Assembly: GCA_963713395.1 (NCBI GenBank)
Contig: CAVQLS010000001.1
Coordinates: 574,515-638,514 of the forward strand
Direction: 5' to 3'
Length of the DNA: 64,000 nucleotides
From: an uncultured Acidobacteriaceae bacterium
GTDB lineage: Bacteria > Acidobacteriota > Terriglobia > Terriglobales > Acidobacteriaceae
Shown: one piece after another, positions 39,741-52,012 of the stretch
Position numbering within the stretch: position 1 is the stretch's first letter
How the letters are laid out: each line of letters opens with the position of its first letter
Notes under the pieces: generated by a model
What the model was told of the DNA's origin: nothing
Seen by the model: only the letters and a program-made list of their open reading frames with translations
The model's database searches: none
Translations under genes and position numbers: made by a program

Positions 39741-41942
39741 GTGACTTACGCTCGTCTGACTCGCTTCGCTGGCCTCTGCCTGGCCTATGTCTCTTTGCCT
39801 GTCCTTGCTCAGAACGCTGCCTCAACCAAGGTCTTCGGCTATGCCGACTTCAGCCAGCAGGCGAAGTGGGACTCAGCGTTCATGGCCGTGCCGGATGCGA
39901 AGCTGGCAGGCGAGGAGCTAAAGATCCTTACGGCGGAGCCGCACTGGGCCAGTTCTCCCGAGGACAAGAAGACGGCGGACTACGTTGCAGCGAAGTTCAA
40001 GGCTGCGGGGCTCGATACGCGCATCGACGAGTTTCGCGTGTGGATGAACAAGCCGGTGAAGATCGAGATCACGGCGACGGATGCGAGCGGGAAACAACTG
40101 ATGTCCGGGCCGACGCCGGAGCACGTCGACCCGAAGGCCTATGGCGGCGACCCATTCCAGGATGACCCGCGCATTCTGCCGGCGTTCAACGGCTCCTCGC
40201 CGTCGGGTGACGTGACGGCGGATGTCGTGTACGCGAACTACGGCACACTTGCGGACTTCGACCGGCTGAAGCAGCTCGGCGTGGATGTGAAGGGCAAGAT
40301 CGTCCTCGTGCGCTATGGGCAAAACTTCCGCGGCGTGAAGGTGTACATCGCGCAGCAGCGCGGGGCCGCGGGCGTGATCATCTACTCTGACCCTGCGGAT
40401 GATGGCTACGTCCGCGGCGACAAGTATCCGCGCGGTCCATTCCGTCCGGACTCTGCCGTGCAGCGTGGCTCGGTTCAGTTCCTGCCAATCTATTCGGGCG
40501 ACCCCGAGACGCCGGGCGTGGCTTCGACACCGGATCTTGCGGACTCGAAGCGCATCATGGACCCGACGAAGATGAATCAGCCGTCGATCCCGTCAAATCC
40601 ACTGAGCTATAAGGACGCCGCGCCGATCCTGGAGGCGCTGGACGGCCCGGCAACTCCGCGCGAGTGGCAGGGTGGCCTGCCGTTCACCTATCACCTGGGC
40701 GGGACGGGCGCGGTAAAGGTGCATATGCACTTGGAGCAGGACTATAAGCTGCGCACGATCTGGGATGTTGTCGGCACGATCGAGGGAACTGATCCGGATC
40801 AGAAGGAAGACTGGGTCGTCGCGGGCAATCACCGCGACGCGTGGGTGTATGGAGCGGTCGACCCGAACAGCGGAACGGCGGCGATGCTGGAGACAGTGCA
40901 CGGGCTCGGCGCGTTGCTGAAGCAGGGATGGAAGCCGAAGCGGCGCATCGTGATCTGCTCGTGGGATGCGGAGGAAGAGGGACTGATGGGCTCGACCGAG
41001 TGGGCCGAGGGACATGCCGACCATCTCGCGCATGCGGTTGCGTACTTCAATACTGATGTGGGTGTGTCGGGACCGAACTTCAATGCGTCGGCGGTGCCGT
41101 CGCTGAAGGAGTTTGTGCGCGATGTGACGCGGCAGGTGCAGAGCCCCAAGGGCGGAACGGTCTATGAAGAGTGGCTGAAATCGCAGAGTGAGAATCCGCG
41201 GCGGCGCGGGTCCGGTTCCGCCGCGCCTGCGAATCCGGCAATGGCGTCCTCGAGCTCGGCGGCCAATGCAGAGGGTGTGCGCGTGGGCGATCTCGGCTCG
41301 GGCTCGGACTACACGCCGTTTATCCAGCACCTCGGCGTGCCTTCGACCGACATTGGCTCGGATGGGCCGTACGGGGTGTATCACTCGGTGTTCGATAACT
41401 ACAACTGGTTCATCAAGAACGCCGACCCGACCTTTGTGTACGAGCAGCAGCAGGCGCGGGTCTTCGGGCTCGAGATCCTGCACATGGCCGACGCCGATGT
41501 GCTGCCCTACGACTACAAGACCTACGGCAACGATGTTGTCGGTTACCTGAAGGACGCGCAGCAGCGGGCGACCGCGGCGCATATGGAGGTGGATTTTGCA
41601 CAGGCCAACGCCGCAGCGGCGAGGTTTGCAGCCGCGGGTGCGCGTATCGGAACGATACAGTCGGCGCCGGGATCGCTGGATGGAGCGGCAAAAACGCACC
41701 TGAATGAGGCTCTTCGCAACGCCGAGGAGGCGCTGCTGAACGATGCGGGCCTGCCCAAACGGCCGTGGTACCGGCACACGATTTACGCGCCGGGAGAGTA
41801 CACGGGTTACGCCGCAGTTGTTATCCCGGGAGTTAATGAGGGGATCGACGCGAAGGATGCGGCGCGCACATCTGCCCAGCTTTCAGCACTTACTGAAGCA
41901 CTGAACCGGTCGAGTTCCATTTTGGAATCGGCAGCGAAGTAA
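39741..41942 (+). CDS. M28-family peptidase, glutamate carboxypeptidase II-like (PA domain plus TfR-like dimerisation domain)
   Basis: 733 aa with a signal peptide. GKIVLVRYGQNFRGVKVYIAQQRGAAGVIIYSDP, GNHRDAWVYGAVDPNSGTA, SWDAEEEGLMGSTEW, GSGSDYTPF. Confidence 0.85.
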   Translation: MTYARLTRFAGLCLAYVSLPVLAQNAASTKVFGYADFSQQAKWDSAFMAVPDAKLAGEELKILTAEPHWASSPEDKKTADYVAAKFKAAGLDTRIDEFRVWMNKPVKIEITATDASGKQLMSGPTPEHVDPKAYGGDPFQDDPRILPAFNGSSPSGDVTADVVYANYGTLADFDRLKQLGVDVKGKIVLVRYGQNFRGVKVYIAQQRGAAGVIIYSDPADDGYVRGDKYPRGPFRPDSAVQRGSVQFLPIYSGDPETPGVASTPDLADSKRIMDPTKMNQPSIPSNPLSYKDAAPILEALDGPATPREWQGGLPFTYHLGGTGAVKVHMHLEQDYKLRTIWDVVGTIEGTDPDQKEDWVVAGNHRDAWVYGAVDPNSGTAAMLETVHGLGALLKQGWKPKRRIVICSWDAEEEGLMGSTEWAEGHADHLAHAVAYFNTDVGVSGPNFNASAVPSLKEFVRDVTRQVQSPKGGTVYEEWLKSQSENPRRRGSGSAAPANPAMASSSSAANAEGVRVGDLGSGSDYTPFIQHLGVPSTDIGSDGPYGVYHSVFDNYNWFIKNADPTFVYEQQQARVFGLEILHMADADVLPYDYKTYGNDVVGYLKDAQQRATAAHMEVDFAQANAAAARFAAAGARIGTIQSAPGSLDGAAKTHLNEALRNAEEALLNDAGLPKRPWYRHTIYAPGEYTGYAAVVIPGVNEGIDAKDAARTSAQLSALTEALNRSSSILESAAK

Positions 41943-42317
41943 CTACCACAAATTTTTCTTGCCAAGAAGTACCTGCTCGCATACTCTTCGGAAATCCTTC
42001 TGGTATGCCCTGTTTGTTGCATTGTGCAACAGACCTGGCGGAAATAAGGGCTCCCGTACCCGGGCTGTTGAATGGCGGGGCGAGAGAGTCGCTGCCAGCA
42101 TGTCGTTAGACATGAGCTGCCGGAGGGCACCAGGTGTACGACATGCTTCTTGCGTTGCTTTTCTTCTTCGTCGTCTTGTCGCCCCTCATGATCCATGCGG
42201 GGCTGAACGTGGCTGAGCGCATCGCACTGCGACGCGAAGCCCTGAACCCGGGCAGCCGGTCTGCAACAAAGAAGGACCCACGCAGCGCGTGGGCCTCGGA
42301 TACTCCGACGCGGGCTG

Positions 42318-43862
<1,545 letters not shown>

Positions 43863-43933
43863 CTATTGCGCTCGGGCACCGCGCCTCGATTTGCCCCAGA
43901 GTTGCTCGCGAGAAACATCAGTAGAATCTTTCT

Positions 43934-45149
43934 GTGAGCAACACTTCCCCTGCAAATCTTCCTCTCGGCTTTCGCTGGTCGGGCGTGACTGCTGGCATCA
44001 AGGCTTCGGGCAAGCCTGACGTTGCGCTCGCCGTGTGCGACGGCGGCGCCAACGTCGCTGCCATGTTTACGAGCAATCAGCTGGTTGCCGCGCCAGATCA
44101 TCGTCGGACGCCGGCATTTAATCGCGACGAGCAACCGGGTGACAGCGCTGCTGGTGAACGCGGGCAACGCGAACTGCGCGACGGGACAGCCCGGGATCGA
44201 CGCGTGCAAACAGAGCTGCGTTGCGGTGGCCGAGCAGTTTCACTGTGTCTTTGATGAGGTCTTCCCTTCCTCGACCGGGATCATCGGCGTTCCGCTGCCG
44301 GTGGAGAAGCTGATTGCCGCGGTTCCGGCGGCAAGAGCGGCGCTCGGCAACACCGAGCAGCATGCGGAAGCATTTGCCACGGCAATCCTGACAACGGACA
44401 CGAAGCTGAAGGTCGCGCGTGCGAGCTTTGAGATTGGCGGGCGCACGGTCTCGCTCTTCGGCTGCTGCAAGGGCGCGGGGATGATCGGGCCACAGGTTGT
44501 GCCGCACGCGACGATGCTGGTCTATCTCTTCACCGACCTCGCCGCGTGCCCGGAGCACCTGCAGGCGATGCTGACGAAGGCGGTCGATGCGAGCTTCAAC
44601 TGCATCTCGATTGACGGCGATATGTCCACGAACGACACGGTGTTGTTGATGGCGAGCGGCAAGAGCGAGGTGGCGGCGGAGGGCGACGCGGTGCCGGCGT
44701 TCGAGGGGGTGCTGCTGCAGGTCTGCGACTCGCTGGCGCATCAGATCGTAGACGATGGCGAGGGCGTGACGCATGTGATCACGTTGAAGATCACGGGCGC
44801 GGAGGGTGACTCCGACGCACAGCAGATTGCGCGCTCCATCGCCAACTCGCCGCTGTGCAAGACGGCGTGGTCCTCGGCCGACCCGAACTGGGGACGGCTG
44901 CTGGCTGCGGCGGGCAAGGCAGGCGTGAAGTTCGATCCGGCGCGGGTCACGATCACGATCGGCGGGCTTCCAGTCTTCGCACATGGCGTCCGCGACACCG
45001 CCTACGACGAGGCCGCAACCCACGCGGCAATGCAGGCGCGCGAGTACACCATCGCGATCGATCTGGGCCGTGGGCATGGGCACGCGCGGTTTGTTACCTG
45101 TGACCTGACACACGAGTATGTGTCGATAAACGCTGACTATTCGACCTAG
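43934..45149 (+). pseudogene. argJ: Bifunctional glutamate N-acetyltransferase/amino-acid acetyltransferase ArgJ, frameshift near 44090-44096
   Basis: Frame 1 (GTG at 43934): LPLGFRWSGVTAGIKASGKPDVALAV...FTSNQLVAAP. Frame 2 (ORF 44022): QIIVGRRHL...ALLVNAGNANCATG...KGAGMIGPQVVPHATMLVYLFTD...SIDGDMSTNDT...ADPNWGR...DLTHEYVSINADYST. Confidence 0.88.
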
Positions 45150-45235
45150 CCGAGCCCCCCGCACTCCGGTAACCGTGCATAAATCCGCGCGGCGAATTAT
45201 CGTAGAAAGTGGCTATAGAGCTATAAGGTTCAGTA

Positions 45236-47944
45236 ATGGAGGGTGGGATGGCGACAAATCTGGCGACGAATCTTGACGGGGCCGTCAGGCGGGACATGAC
45301 CGCGGAGGTCGCCGAGTGGATCGAGGCCTTTGACGAAGTTGTCGCGAAGGACTGGGAGCAGGGCGCTGCGCTGCTGTCCGCGCTGCGTACTCGTGCGCGC
45401 GAGGCCGGCGTGCCTGCAACTGGCGATGTGGTTACTCCCTTCCAGAACACCATCCCCAAGCACGACGAGGTGTCCTACCCCGGCGACCGTGCGCTGGAAC
45501 GCCGCATCGAGGCGCTGATTCGCTGGAACGCAATGGCGATGGTGCACAAGCAGAACAAGCATGACGCGGGCATCGGTGGCCACATCTCCACCTATGCCTC
45601 ACAGGCCACGCTGCTCGAGGTGGGCTTCAACCACTTCTTCCGCGCCTCCTACCCAAGCGAAAAGGGTGAGCAGCCGGGCGACTTCGTCTACTTCCAGGGA
45701 CATGCCTCGCCGGGCGTTTATGGTCGCGCATTTCTCGAGGGGCGCCTCGATGCTGGGCGCCTGAAGAACTTCCGTCATGAGCTGCGGGAGACGCCGGGCC
45801 TGAGCTCCTATCCGCACCCATGGCTGATGCAGGACTTCTGGCAGTTCCCGACGGTCTCCATGGGCATCGGCCCGTTGAATGCCATCTACCAGGCGCGCTT
45901 CATGAAGTATCTGGAGAACCGCGGCCTGATTCCGCACACTGACCGCAAGGTCTGGGCCTTTGTTGGCGACGGCGAGACCGATGAGGTCGACACGCTGGGC
46001 GCCATCTCGCTGGGCACGCGCGAGAAGCTCGACAATTTGATCTTCGTCGTTAACTGCAATCTGCAGCGGCTGGATGGCCCGGTGCGCGGCAACGCGCGCA
46101 TCATCGACGAGTTGGAGTCCGTCTTCCGTGGCGCGGGATGGAACGTGCTGAAGGTCATCTGGGGTTCGGACTGGGATGAGCTCTTCGCGCGCGACCACCA
46201 GGGCCTGCTGCTGAAGCGCATGGAGGAGTGCGTTGACGGCGACCTGCAGCGCTACAAGGCCAAGGACGGCGCGTATATCCGCAAGGAGTTCTTCGGCAAG
46301 TATCCGGAGTTGCTGAAGATCGTTGAAGACAAGACCGACGAAGAGCTGGCCAACCTGCACCGCGGCGGCCACGACCCGGTGAAGATCTACAACGCCTACA
46401 AGCGTGCGCTGGAGCACAAGGGTGGCCCGACCGTGATCCTCGCCATGACCGTCAAGGGCTACGGGATTGCCAGCGCGCAGGCCCGCAACCCCACACACAA
46501 CGAGAAGAAGCTGACTGACGACGCGCTCGCCGCGTTCGCCAAGCGTTTCGACTGTGGCCTCCCCGTCGAGGCGGCGCAGAACGCGGACTTCTATAAGCCC
46601 GATAACTCTGATCCGGCGATGGCCTATATGTTTGCGCGCCGCGAAGCGCTGGGCGGCTTCCTGCCCGCGCGTACTGTACCGAAGCTCGACTTCAAGACGC
46701 CTCCGCTCGACTTCTTCAAGACATGGCTCGCCGGTTCCAACGGCCGCGCCATCTCCACCACGATGGGCTTCGTGAACATGCTGAATGGCATGCTGAAGAG
46801 CCCGGATATCGGCAAGCTGATCGTCCCGATCATCCCCGATGAGGGCCGTACCTTCGGTTTCGAATCCGTGATGAAGCAGGTGGGTATCTACGCGCCCGAG
46901 GGGCAAAAGTACACCCCGCATGACGCCGACATGCTGCTCGCTTACAACGAAAAGAAGAACGGACAGATTCTGGAAGAGGGCATCACCGAAGCCGGATCGA
47001 TGGCGAGCTTCACCGCCGCCGGCACCGCATATACCAACTATCGTGTGCCTGCTGTGCCCTTCTACATGTACTACTCGATGTTCGGCTTCCAGCGCATCGG
47101 CGATATGGCATGGGCCTTCGCGGACTCGCGTGGCAAAGGTTTCCTGATGGGAGGGACTGCAGGCCGCACGACGATGCTTGGCGAAGGACTGCAGCATCAG
47201 GATGGCCATTCGCACATCCTCGCCTCCACGATTCCCATCTGCAAGACCTACGATCCCGCCTACGTGTATGAGATGGCCGTGATCATCCAGGACGGCATGC
47301 GCCGCATGTATGAAGAAGGTGAGAACCGCTTCTACTACCTCACGATGTACAACGAGGACTACCCGCAGCCGGCGGCGGAGAACATCGAAGCTGTGCGCGA
47401 GGGAATTCTGCGCGGCCTATATAAGTTCAAGGCGGCGGAAAAAGGTGAGGCGAAACTACAGCTCTTCGGCGCCGGCCCCATCCTCAACGAAGTGGTTCGT
47501 GCGCAACAGATTCTCGCGGAGAAGTACAACATCGCCGCCGATGTCTGGTCCGTGACGAGCTACACGGAACTCCGCCGCGATGCCCTTGCCGTGGAGCGCT
47601 GGAATCGTCTGCACCCGGCTGAGAAGGAGCATGTGCCGTACGTTGTCAGCGCGCTTGCCAATGCGAAGGGACCGATCGTCGCAGCCAGCGATTACATGAA
47701 GTCTCTGCCGGACGCGCTTTCGCCGTGGCTGGGCTCGCGGCTGGTTTCGCTGGGCACGGATGGCTTCGGCCGCTCGGACAATCGCGAACACCTGCGCCGG
47801 CACTTCGAGATCGATGCGGAGTCCATCGTGGCAGCAGCGCTCTCGAAGCTTGCGCGCGAGGGTACGATCAAACCGAAGGTGGCCACGCAGGCATTCGCGG
47901 AGCTCGGACTGAACCCCGAAGCCGCGGACGCAGCCACGGCCTGA
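45236..47944 (+). CDS. aceE: Pyruvate dehydrogenase E1 component, homodimeric type
   Basis: 902 aa. GGHISTYASQATLLEVGFNHFF, FQGHASPGVYGRAFLEGR, GDGETDE, NLQRLDGPVRGN, QDGHSH. Confidence 0.92.
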   Translation: MEGGMATNLATNLDGAVRRDMTAEVAEWIEAFDEVVAKDWEQGAALLSALRTRAREAGVPATGDVVTPFQNTIPKHDEVSYPGDRALERRIEALIRWNAMAMVHKQNKHDAGIGGHISTYASQATLLEVGFNHFFRASYPSEKGEQPGDFVYFQGHASPGVYGRAFLEGRLDAGRLKNFRHELRETPGLSSYPHPWLMQDFWQFPTVSMGIGPLNAIYQARFMKYLENRGLIPHTDRKVWAFVGDGETDEVDTLGAISLGTREKLDNLIFVVNCNLQRLDGPVRGNARIIDELESVFRGAGWNVLKVIWGSDWDELFARDHQGLLLKRMEECVDGDLQRYKAKDGAYIRKEFFGKYPELLKIVEDKTDEELANLHRGGHDPVKIYNAYKRALEHKGGPTVILAMTVKGYGIASAQARNPTHNEKKLTDDALAAFAKRFDCGLPVEAAQNADFYKPDNSDPAMAYMFARREALGGFLPARTVPKLDFKTPPLDFFKTWLAGSNGRAISTTMGFVNMLNGMLKSPDIGKLIVPIIPDEGRTFGFESVMKQVGIYAPEGQKYTPHDADMLLAYNEKKNGQILEEGITEAGSMASFTAAGTAYTNYRVPAVPFYMYYSMFGFQRIGDMAWAFADSRGKGFLMGGTAGRTTMLGEGLQHQDGHSHILASTIPICKTYDPAYVYEMAVIIQDGMRRMYEEGENRFYYLTMYNEDYPQPAAENIEAVREGILRGLYKFKAAEKGEAKLQLFGAGPILNEVVRAQQILAEKYNIAADVWSVTSYTELRRDALAVERWNRLHPAEKEHVPYVVSALANAKGPIVAASDYMKSLPDALSPWLGSRLVSLGTDGFGRSDNREHLRRHFEIDAESIVAAALSKLAREGTIKPKVATQAFAELGLNPEAADAATA

Positions 47945-47992
47945 TTCACTGCACGATCGAATCACTTACTCTCCAGGAAGAGGACTCGCCGC

Positions 47993-48679
47993 TTGGCTGA
48001 CAATCCCCTGCTACCCCAGGATCGCCTTCGCGAACTCCACGCGCTCATGGGGCGCGTGCGCGCGCGGGACCGCCGCAAACACCACACCGCACGCGAGGCT
48101 CTGCTCGCGGCCGCATTGATTCATCTCTCCGCGGGCGATCTGGTCTCCGGCCGCGCGGATGATGCGACGCTCCGCGCATTTGCGCCTGAATCGAAAGCCG
48201 GAAACGATGCGCACGATGTTCCAAAGAGCCTGCGCATCCCGCTCTGTGCGGGCGCGGCACGTGGAATGCAGACGGCTGGAACAGACCGGATCGCGGTCGC
48301 CTTCACCGAGGCAGGCGCACCGGAGACGGGATGGGCAGACGCCCTGCGCTGGGCGTATCGCGACCGGCTCCCCTTTCTGCTCGTCGTCGCCGACAACGGC
48401 GCACGGACGAGCAACAAAGGATCCTCGCGCAAGGCGCCTCCGCTCCTTTGGCCGGAGCTCACGAAACTGGCGCACGGAATTCACCTGCCGCACTTCCCGG
48501 TCGACGGCGAAGATGCCGTCGCCGTCTACCGAGTCATGCAGGAGACCTCGGCGCGAGCGCGCTCCGGTGGTGGCCCGTCGATTATCTGGGCGATGCTCAG
48601 CGCCGAACAGCTTGCGTCGCGCCAACAGCCACTGAAGCGACTCGACGCCTACATGGCCACTCGCGGCATTCGTCTCTAG
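47993..48679 (+). CDS. Short, degenerate E1-alpha/TPP-fold-like protein
   Basis: 228 aa. The C-terminal half resembles E1-alpha (LPFLLVVADNG...HFPVDGEDAVAVYRVMQETSARARSGGGPSIIWAM), but I do not see the GDG...NN TPP-binding motif. Confidence 0.45.
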   Translation: MADNPLLPQDRLRELHALMGRVRARDRRKHHTAREALLAAALIHLSAGDLVSGRADDATLRAFAPESKAGNDAHDVPKSLRIPLCAGAARGMQTAGTDRIAVAFTEAGAPETGWADALRWAYRDRLPFLLVVADNGARTSNKGSSRKAPPLLWPELTKLAHGIHLPHFPVDGEDAVAVYRVMQETSARARSGGGPSIIWAMLSAEQLASRQQPLKRLDAYMATRGIRL

Positions 48680-48750
48680 CAGTAACCAGTGTGAACAACC
48701 CGACATTTTGAAGACATTCTGCGGGCCTCACGAACCATTACACTGACACC

Positions 48751-50877
48751 ATGTTTCTTTCGCGGTCCCCCCGCCACTGGCCACCTGCGGCAGCGCTCTT
48801 CGCGTTGCTGATCGCTGCCGCCTTTACATGCGGAGAGACCGCCTCGGCACAGGCTCCTGCATCCGTGCCGCCCGCGACCCCGGTACCGGCGAGCAGCCTG
48901 CCCTCCATTCCCGCACCCTCGTCCTCCAACGGCCAAAGCACGCCGAGCCAGCAACAACCCTCTCAGCCGGCTCAACCGCAGAGCCAACCCGCGACACAAT
49001 CGCAGCCCGTCCCCCAGCCGCCGAACACGCCACAACAGCAGACGCAGCCCGGTACGCCGGCGCAGACTCCTCCGGATCAACTCGAGCAGCCTATCCGCGT
49101 GCAGAATCCACCGAATGCGACGCCGGTAACGATACCGCCCGCGGTCCCCGTTGCATCTGTGCCCAGCATGCCGGCGTATGGTCCCATGCCCGAAGAACCA
49201 CATACCGACGCGCTTGGCTCGACATACATCCCCGTCGACAGCATCGTCTATCCGCTTACGCTTCGGCTGTATTCACTGGGCTATCTCGATGACGAATTCA
49301 TAGCGATGCGTCCCTGGACGCGCCGCAGCCTGCTGCACACGCTCGAGAAGAGCGCCGATGACATCACCGCCGACGGCAACTCCGAAGCAGTGTCGATTCT
49401 TGCGTATCTCCAGGATTACCTGATCGCGGAGACGCCCGGGAACAATATGACGCGCGGCGCTGTCTACGGCGCCGAGTCGGTTTACACGCGCCTGATGGGG
49501 GTCGGCGGCCCCGTGCTGCGCGACAGCTTTCACCTCGGTCAGACCATCTACAACGACTACGGGCGGCCCTACGCCACGGGCTTCAACAACGTCACCGGCT
49601 TCGAGAGCGTCAACGAGTACGGCCGCTTCTCGCTGTACGTCCGCGGCGAATACCAGCATGCGCCCGCCTACCAGGGCTATTCCCTGGCTCTCGCGAACCA
49701 GATCTCCTGCCTCGACGAGATCTGCCCGTTTGTGCCACCGAACAATCCCCAGGACACCGTCCCGTATGGCAGCACAAACAACGCAGTGAATACCTTCCGG
49801 CTGCAAGCGGCTTACGCCTCGTTTCACTGGTGGGGCCAGGAGATCTCGTTCGGCAAGTCCGATTCATGGTGGGGACCTGGCATGGGCGGCGGCATGGCGT
49901 GGAGCGACAATGCCGAGAATCCCTATACGTTCCGCGTCAATCGCGTCGAGCCGATGTACGTCCCCTACCTGAGCAAGTTGATCGGGCCACTGCGTTATGA
50001 CTTCATGATCGGCCCACTACAGGGTCATTCGGCGCCGAATGGACCATGGGCCGAATCCTTTGGCTTCGCGCTCAAGCCGACGAAGAACTTCGATCTGAGC
50101 TTCCAGCGCACCATCATCTGGGGAGGAGCTGGACACGGCTGCATCGATCCGGTAACCGGCGTCTACACTCCGTGCAAGCAACCCATCACCCTTCATACCT
50201 TCTTCAAGGGCTTCTTCTCCTTCACCGACACGACGACTTTGGAGAAGTACTCGGTCGACGATCCGGGAGCGCGCTACAGCACCTTCACCTTCTCGTATAA
50301 GCTGCCGTTCCTGCGCAAATACGTCACGCTCTACACGGATTCCATCGCCCATGACGACGTGACGCCCCCCAGCGCGCCGCGCCGGGCCGCCTACCGTCCC
50401 GGCTTCTACATCACACAATTCCCTCACCTGCCGAAGCTCGACTTCCGTATCGAAGCCTCGAACACCGACACCTCAACCCTGCGTAGTATCGGCGGCCAAT
50501 TCAACTACTGGGAGGTCGTCCAGAAGCAGGCTTACACCAACAAGGGCTTCATCATGGGCGACTGGGTGGGTCGCGAAGCCAAGGCGGGCAACGCGTGGCT
50601 TACCTGGCACCTCTCCGGCGATGAGTGGGTGCAGGCCGCATACATGTACAAGAAGACCCCCAAGGACTTTATCCCCGACGGCACCACGCAGCATCAGTTC
50701 ACCGTCGACGTCGTCAAGAACCTGCGGCGTGATATTCAACTCGACGCATGGATGCAGTACGAACGCTGGAAGGCTCCGATCTACAAGGTCGGCCAGCAGA
50801 GCGACGTGGTTTTCGCAGCGCAGATCAAGTTCTTCCCCAAGCTGCACACGGACCCGCAACCTGCGAAGAAGAAGTAA
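48751..50877 (+). CDS. wzi: Capsule assembly Wzi-family outer-membrane protein with Pro/Gln-rich N-terminal region
   Basis: Signal peptide. The PQ-rich segment is followed by YIPVDSIVYPLTLRLYSLGYLDDEFIAMRPWTRRSLLHTLE (Wzi signature) and a beta-barrel-like remainder. Confidence 0.75.
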   Translation: MFLSRSPRHWPPAAALFALLIAAAFTCGETASAQAPASVPPATPVPASSLPSIPAPSSSNGQSTPSQQQPSQPAQPQSQPATQSQPVPQPPNTPQQQTQPGTPAQTPPDQLEQPIRVQNPPNATPVTIPPAVPVASVPSMPAYGPMPEEPHTDALGSTYIPVDSIVYPLTLRLYSLGYLDDEFIAMRPWTRRSLLHTLEKSADDITADGNSEAVSILAYLQDYLIAETPGNNMTRGAVYGAESVYTRLMGVGGPVLRDSFHLGQTIYNDYGRPYATGFNNVTGFESVNEYGRFSLYVRGEYQHAPAYQGYSLALANQISCLDEICPFVPPNNPQDTVPYGSTNNAVNTFRLQAAYASFHWWGQEISFGKSDSWWGPGMGGGMAWSDNAENPYTFRVNRVEPMYVPYLSKLIGPLRYDFMIGPLQGHSAPNGPWAESFGFALKPTKNFDLSFQRTIIWGGAGHGCIDPVTGVYTPCKQPITLHTFFKGFFSFTDTTTLEKYSVDDPGARYSTFTFSYKLPFLRKYVTLYTDSIAHDDVTPPSAPRRAAYRPGFYITQFPHLPKLDFRIEASNTDTSTLRSIGGQFNYWEVVQKQAYTNKGFIMGDWVGREAKAGNAWLTWHLSGDEWVQAAYMYKKTPKDFIPDGTTQHQFTVDVVKNLRRDIQLDAWMQYERWKAPIYKVGQQSDVVFAAQIKFFPKLHTDPQPAKKK

Positions 50878-50885
50878 CTCGCCTG

Positions 50886-51902
50886 TCAGCGGCCCGAGGC
50901 CAGCCGGAAGTACTCCTCGTCCTGCCGGGCCGCTGCAGCGCGCACGCGTGGCTGCGCCTTCTCAGCCTCCACTGCGGCACGGAAGTAGTCGAGCGAGCGC
51001 GACAGACCTTCGCGCAGCTGGATCTTCGGCTCCCATCCGAGCAGCGTCTTCGCGCGCGTGATGTCGGGCTGCCGCTGCTTCGGATCGTCACGCGGCAAGG
51101 GCTTGAAGACGATCTCGCATTGGGAGCCGATGAGAGCCTGCACCTCGCGCGCGCACTCCAGGATCGTCCACTCCGTCGGATTGCCGATGTTCACAGGGTC
51201 ATGCTCGCCGGACTTCGACAATCGCATGATGCCCTCAACCAAATCGGAGACATAGCAGAAGCTTCGCGTCTGCGATCCGTCACCGTAGACCGTCAGCGGG
51301 TCGCCGCGGAGCGCCTGCATCATCAGGTTGGAGATCACGCGGCCGTCGTTAGCCTGCAGCCGAGGTCCGTACGTGTTGAAGATCCGCACCATGTGCGTGT
51401 TCACGCCGTGATAACGACGGTAGGCCGAAACCGCTGCCTCGGAGAAGCGCTTCGACTCGTCATAGACCGAGCGTGGACCAATGGGGTTCACATTGCCCCA
51501 ATAGCTCTCCACCTGCGGATGCACCTCGGGATCGCCGTAGCACTCCGAGGTCGATGCATGCAGGTAGCCCGCTCCATATTGCTTCGCGATCTCGAGCGTA
51601 TTCAGCGTTCCGGCCGAGCCCACCCGCAGCGTCTCGATACCCAGCCGCATATAGTCCACCGGGCTCGCCGGCGAGGCAAAGTTGAAGACATAATCCACCT
51701 GCCCCACGTCGAACGGCTCGCAGATATCGATCTGCTCGAAGCGAAACTTCGGCTCGCTCCCGAGATGCCGCAGATTCGCAGGGTTTCCAGTTGCGAGATT
51801 ATCGACGCCCACGACGTCGTTGCCGTCCGCCAGCAGCGCGTCACACAGGTGTGACCCCAGGAAGCCCGCCGCGCCCGTCACCAGAACTCTCTTCGAACCC
51901 AT
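50886..51902 (-). CDS. UDP-glucuronate decarboxylase (UDP-xylose synthase)-like SDR
   Basis: [58 protein letters not shown]. Confidence 0.85.
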   Translation of the reverse strand: MGSKRVLVTGAAGFLGSHLCDALLADGNDVVGVDNLATGNPANLRHLGSEPKFRFEQIDICEPFDVGQVDYVFNFASPASPVDYMRLGIETLRVGSAGTLNTLEIAKQYGAGYLHASTSECYGDPEVHPQVESYWGNVNPIGPRSVYDESKRFSEAAVSAYRRYHGVNTHMVRIFNTYGPRLQANDGRVISNLMMQALRGDPLTVYGDGSQTRSFCYVSDLVEGIMRLSKSGEHDPVNIGNPTEWTILECAREVQALIGSQCEIVFKPLPRDDPKQRQPDITRAKTLLGWEPKIQLREGLSRSLDYFRAAVEAEKAQPRVRAAAARQDEEYFRLASGR

Positions 51903-51982
51903 TCGTACTCCCTCACGCCCGCGGCGTGCGTGCCAACCAGTTCGCGTCCGTGCAACAGCGCGCAGTCTTTCTCTTCGCTTGA

Positions 51983-52012
51983 TCAGCCAATCGCAGCTCA
52001 GCCAATCGCAGC
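51983..52012 (-). repeat. 15-nt tandem duplication spanning the ugd stop codon
   Basis: Minus strand reads GCTGCGATTGGCTGA GCTGCGATTGGCTGA, i.e. AAIG-stop twice. Confidence 0.9.

Noticed and set aside
45599-47215. 538-aa minus-strand ORF inside aceE. Similar long antisense ORFs lie at 17540-18559, 25430-26683, 26720-27661, 40593-41777, 42768-43937, 44118-45164, 54354-55676 and 56022-57554.
   Set aside because: Each is antisense or out of frame to a gene with unambiguous conserved motifs, and their composition (Arg/Gly/His-rich) is not protein-like.
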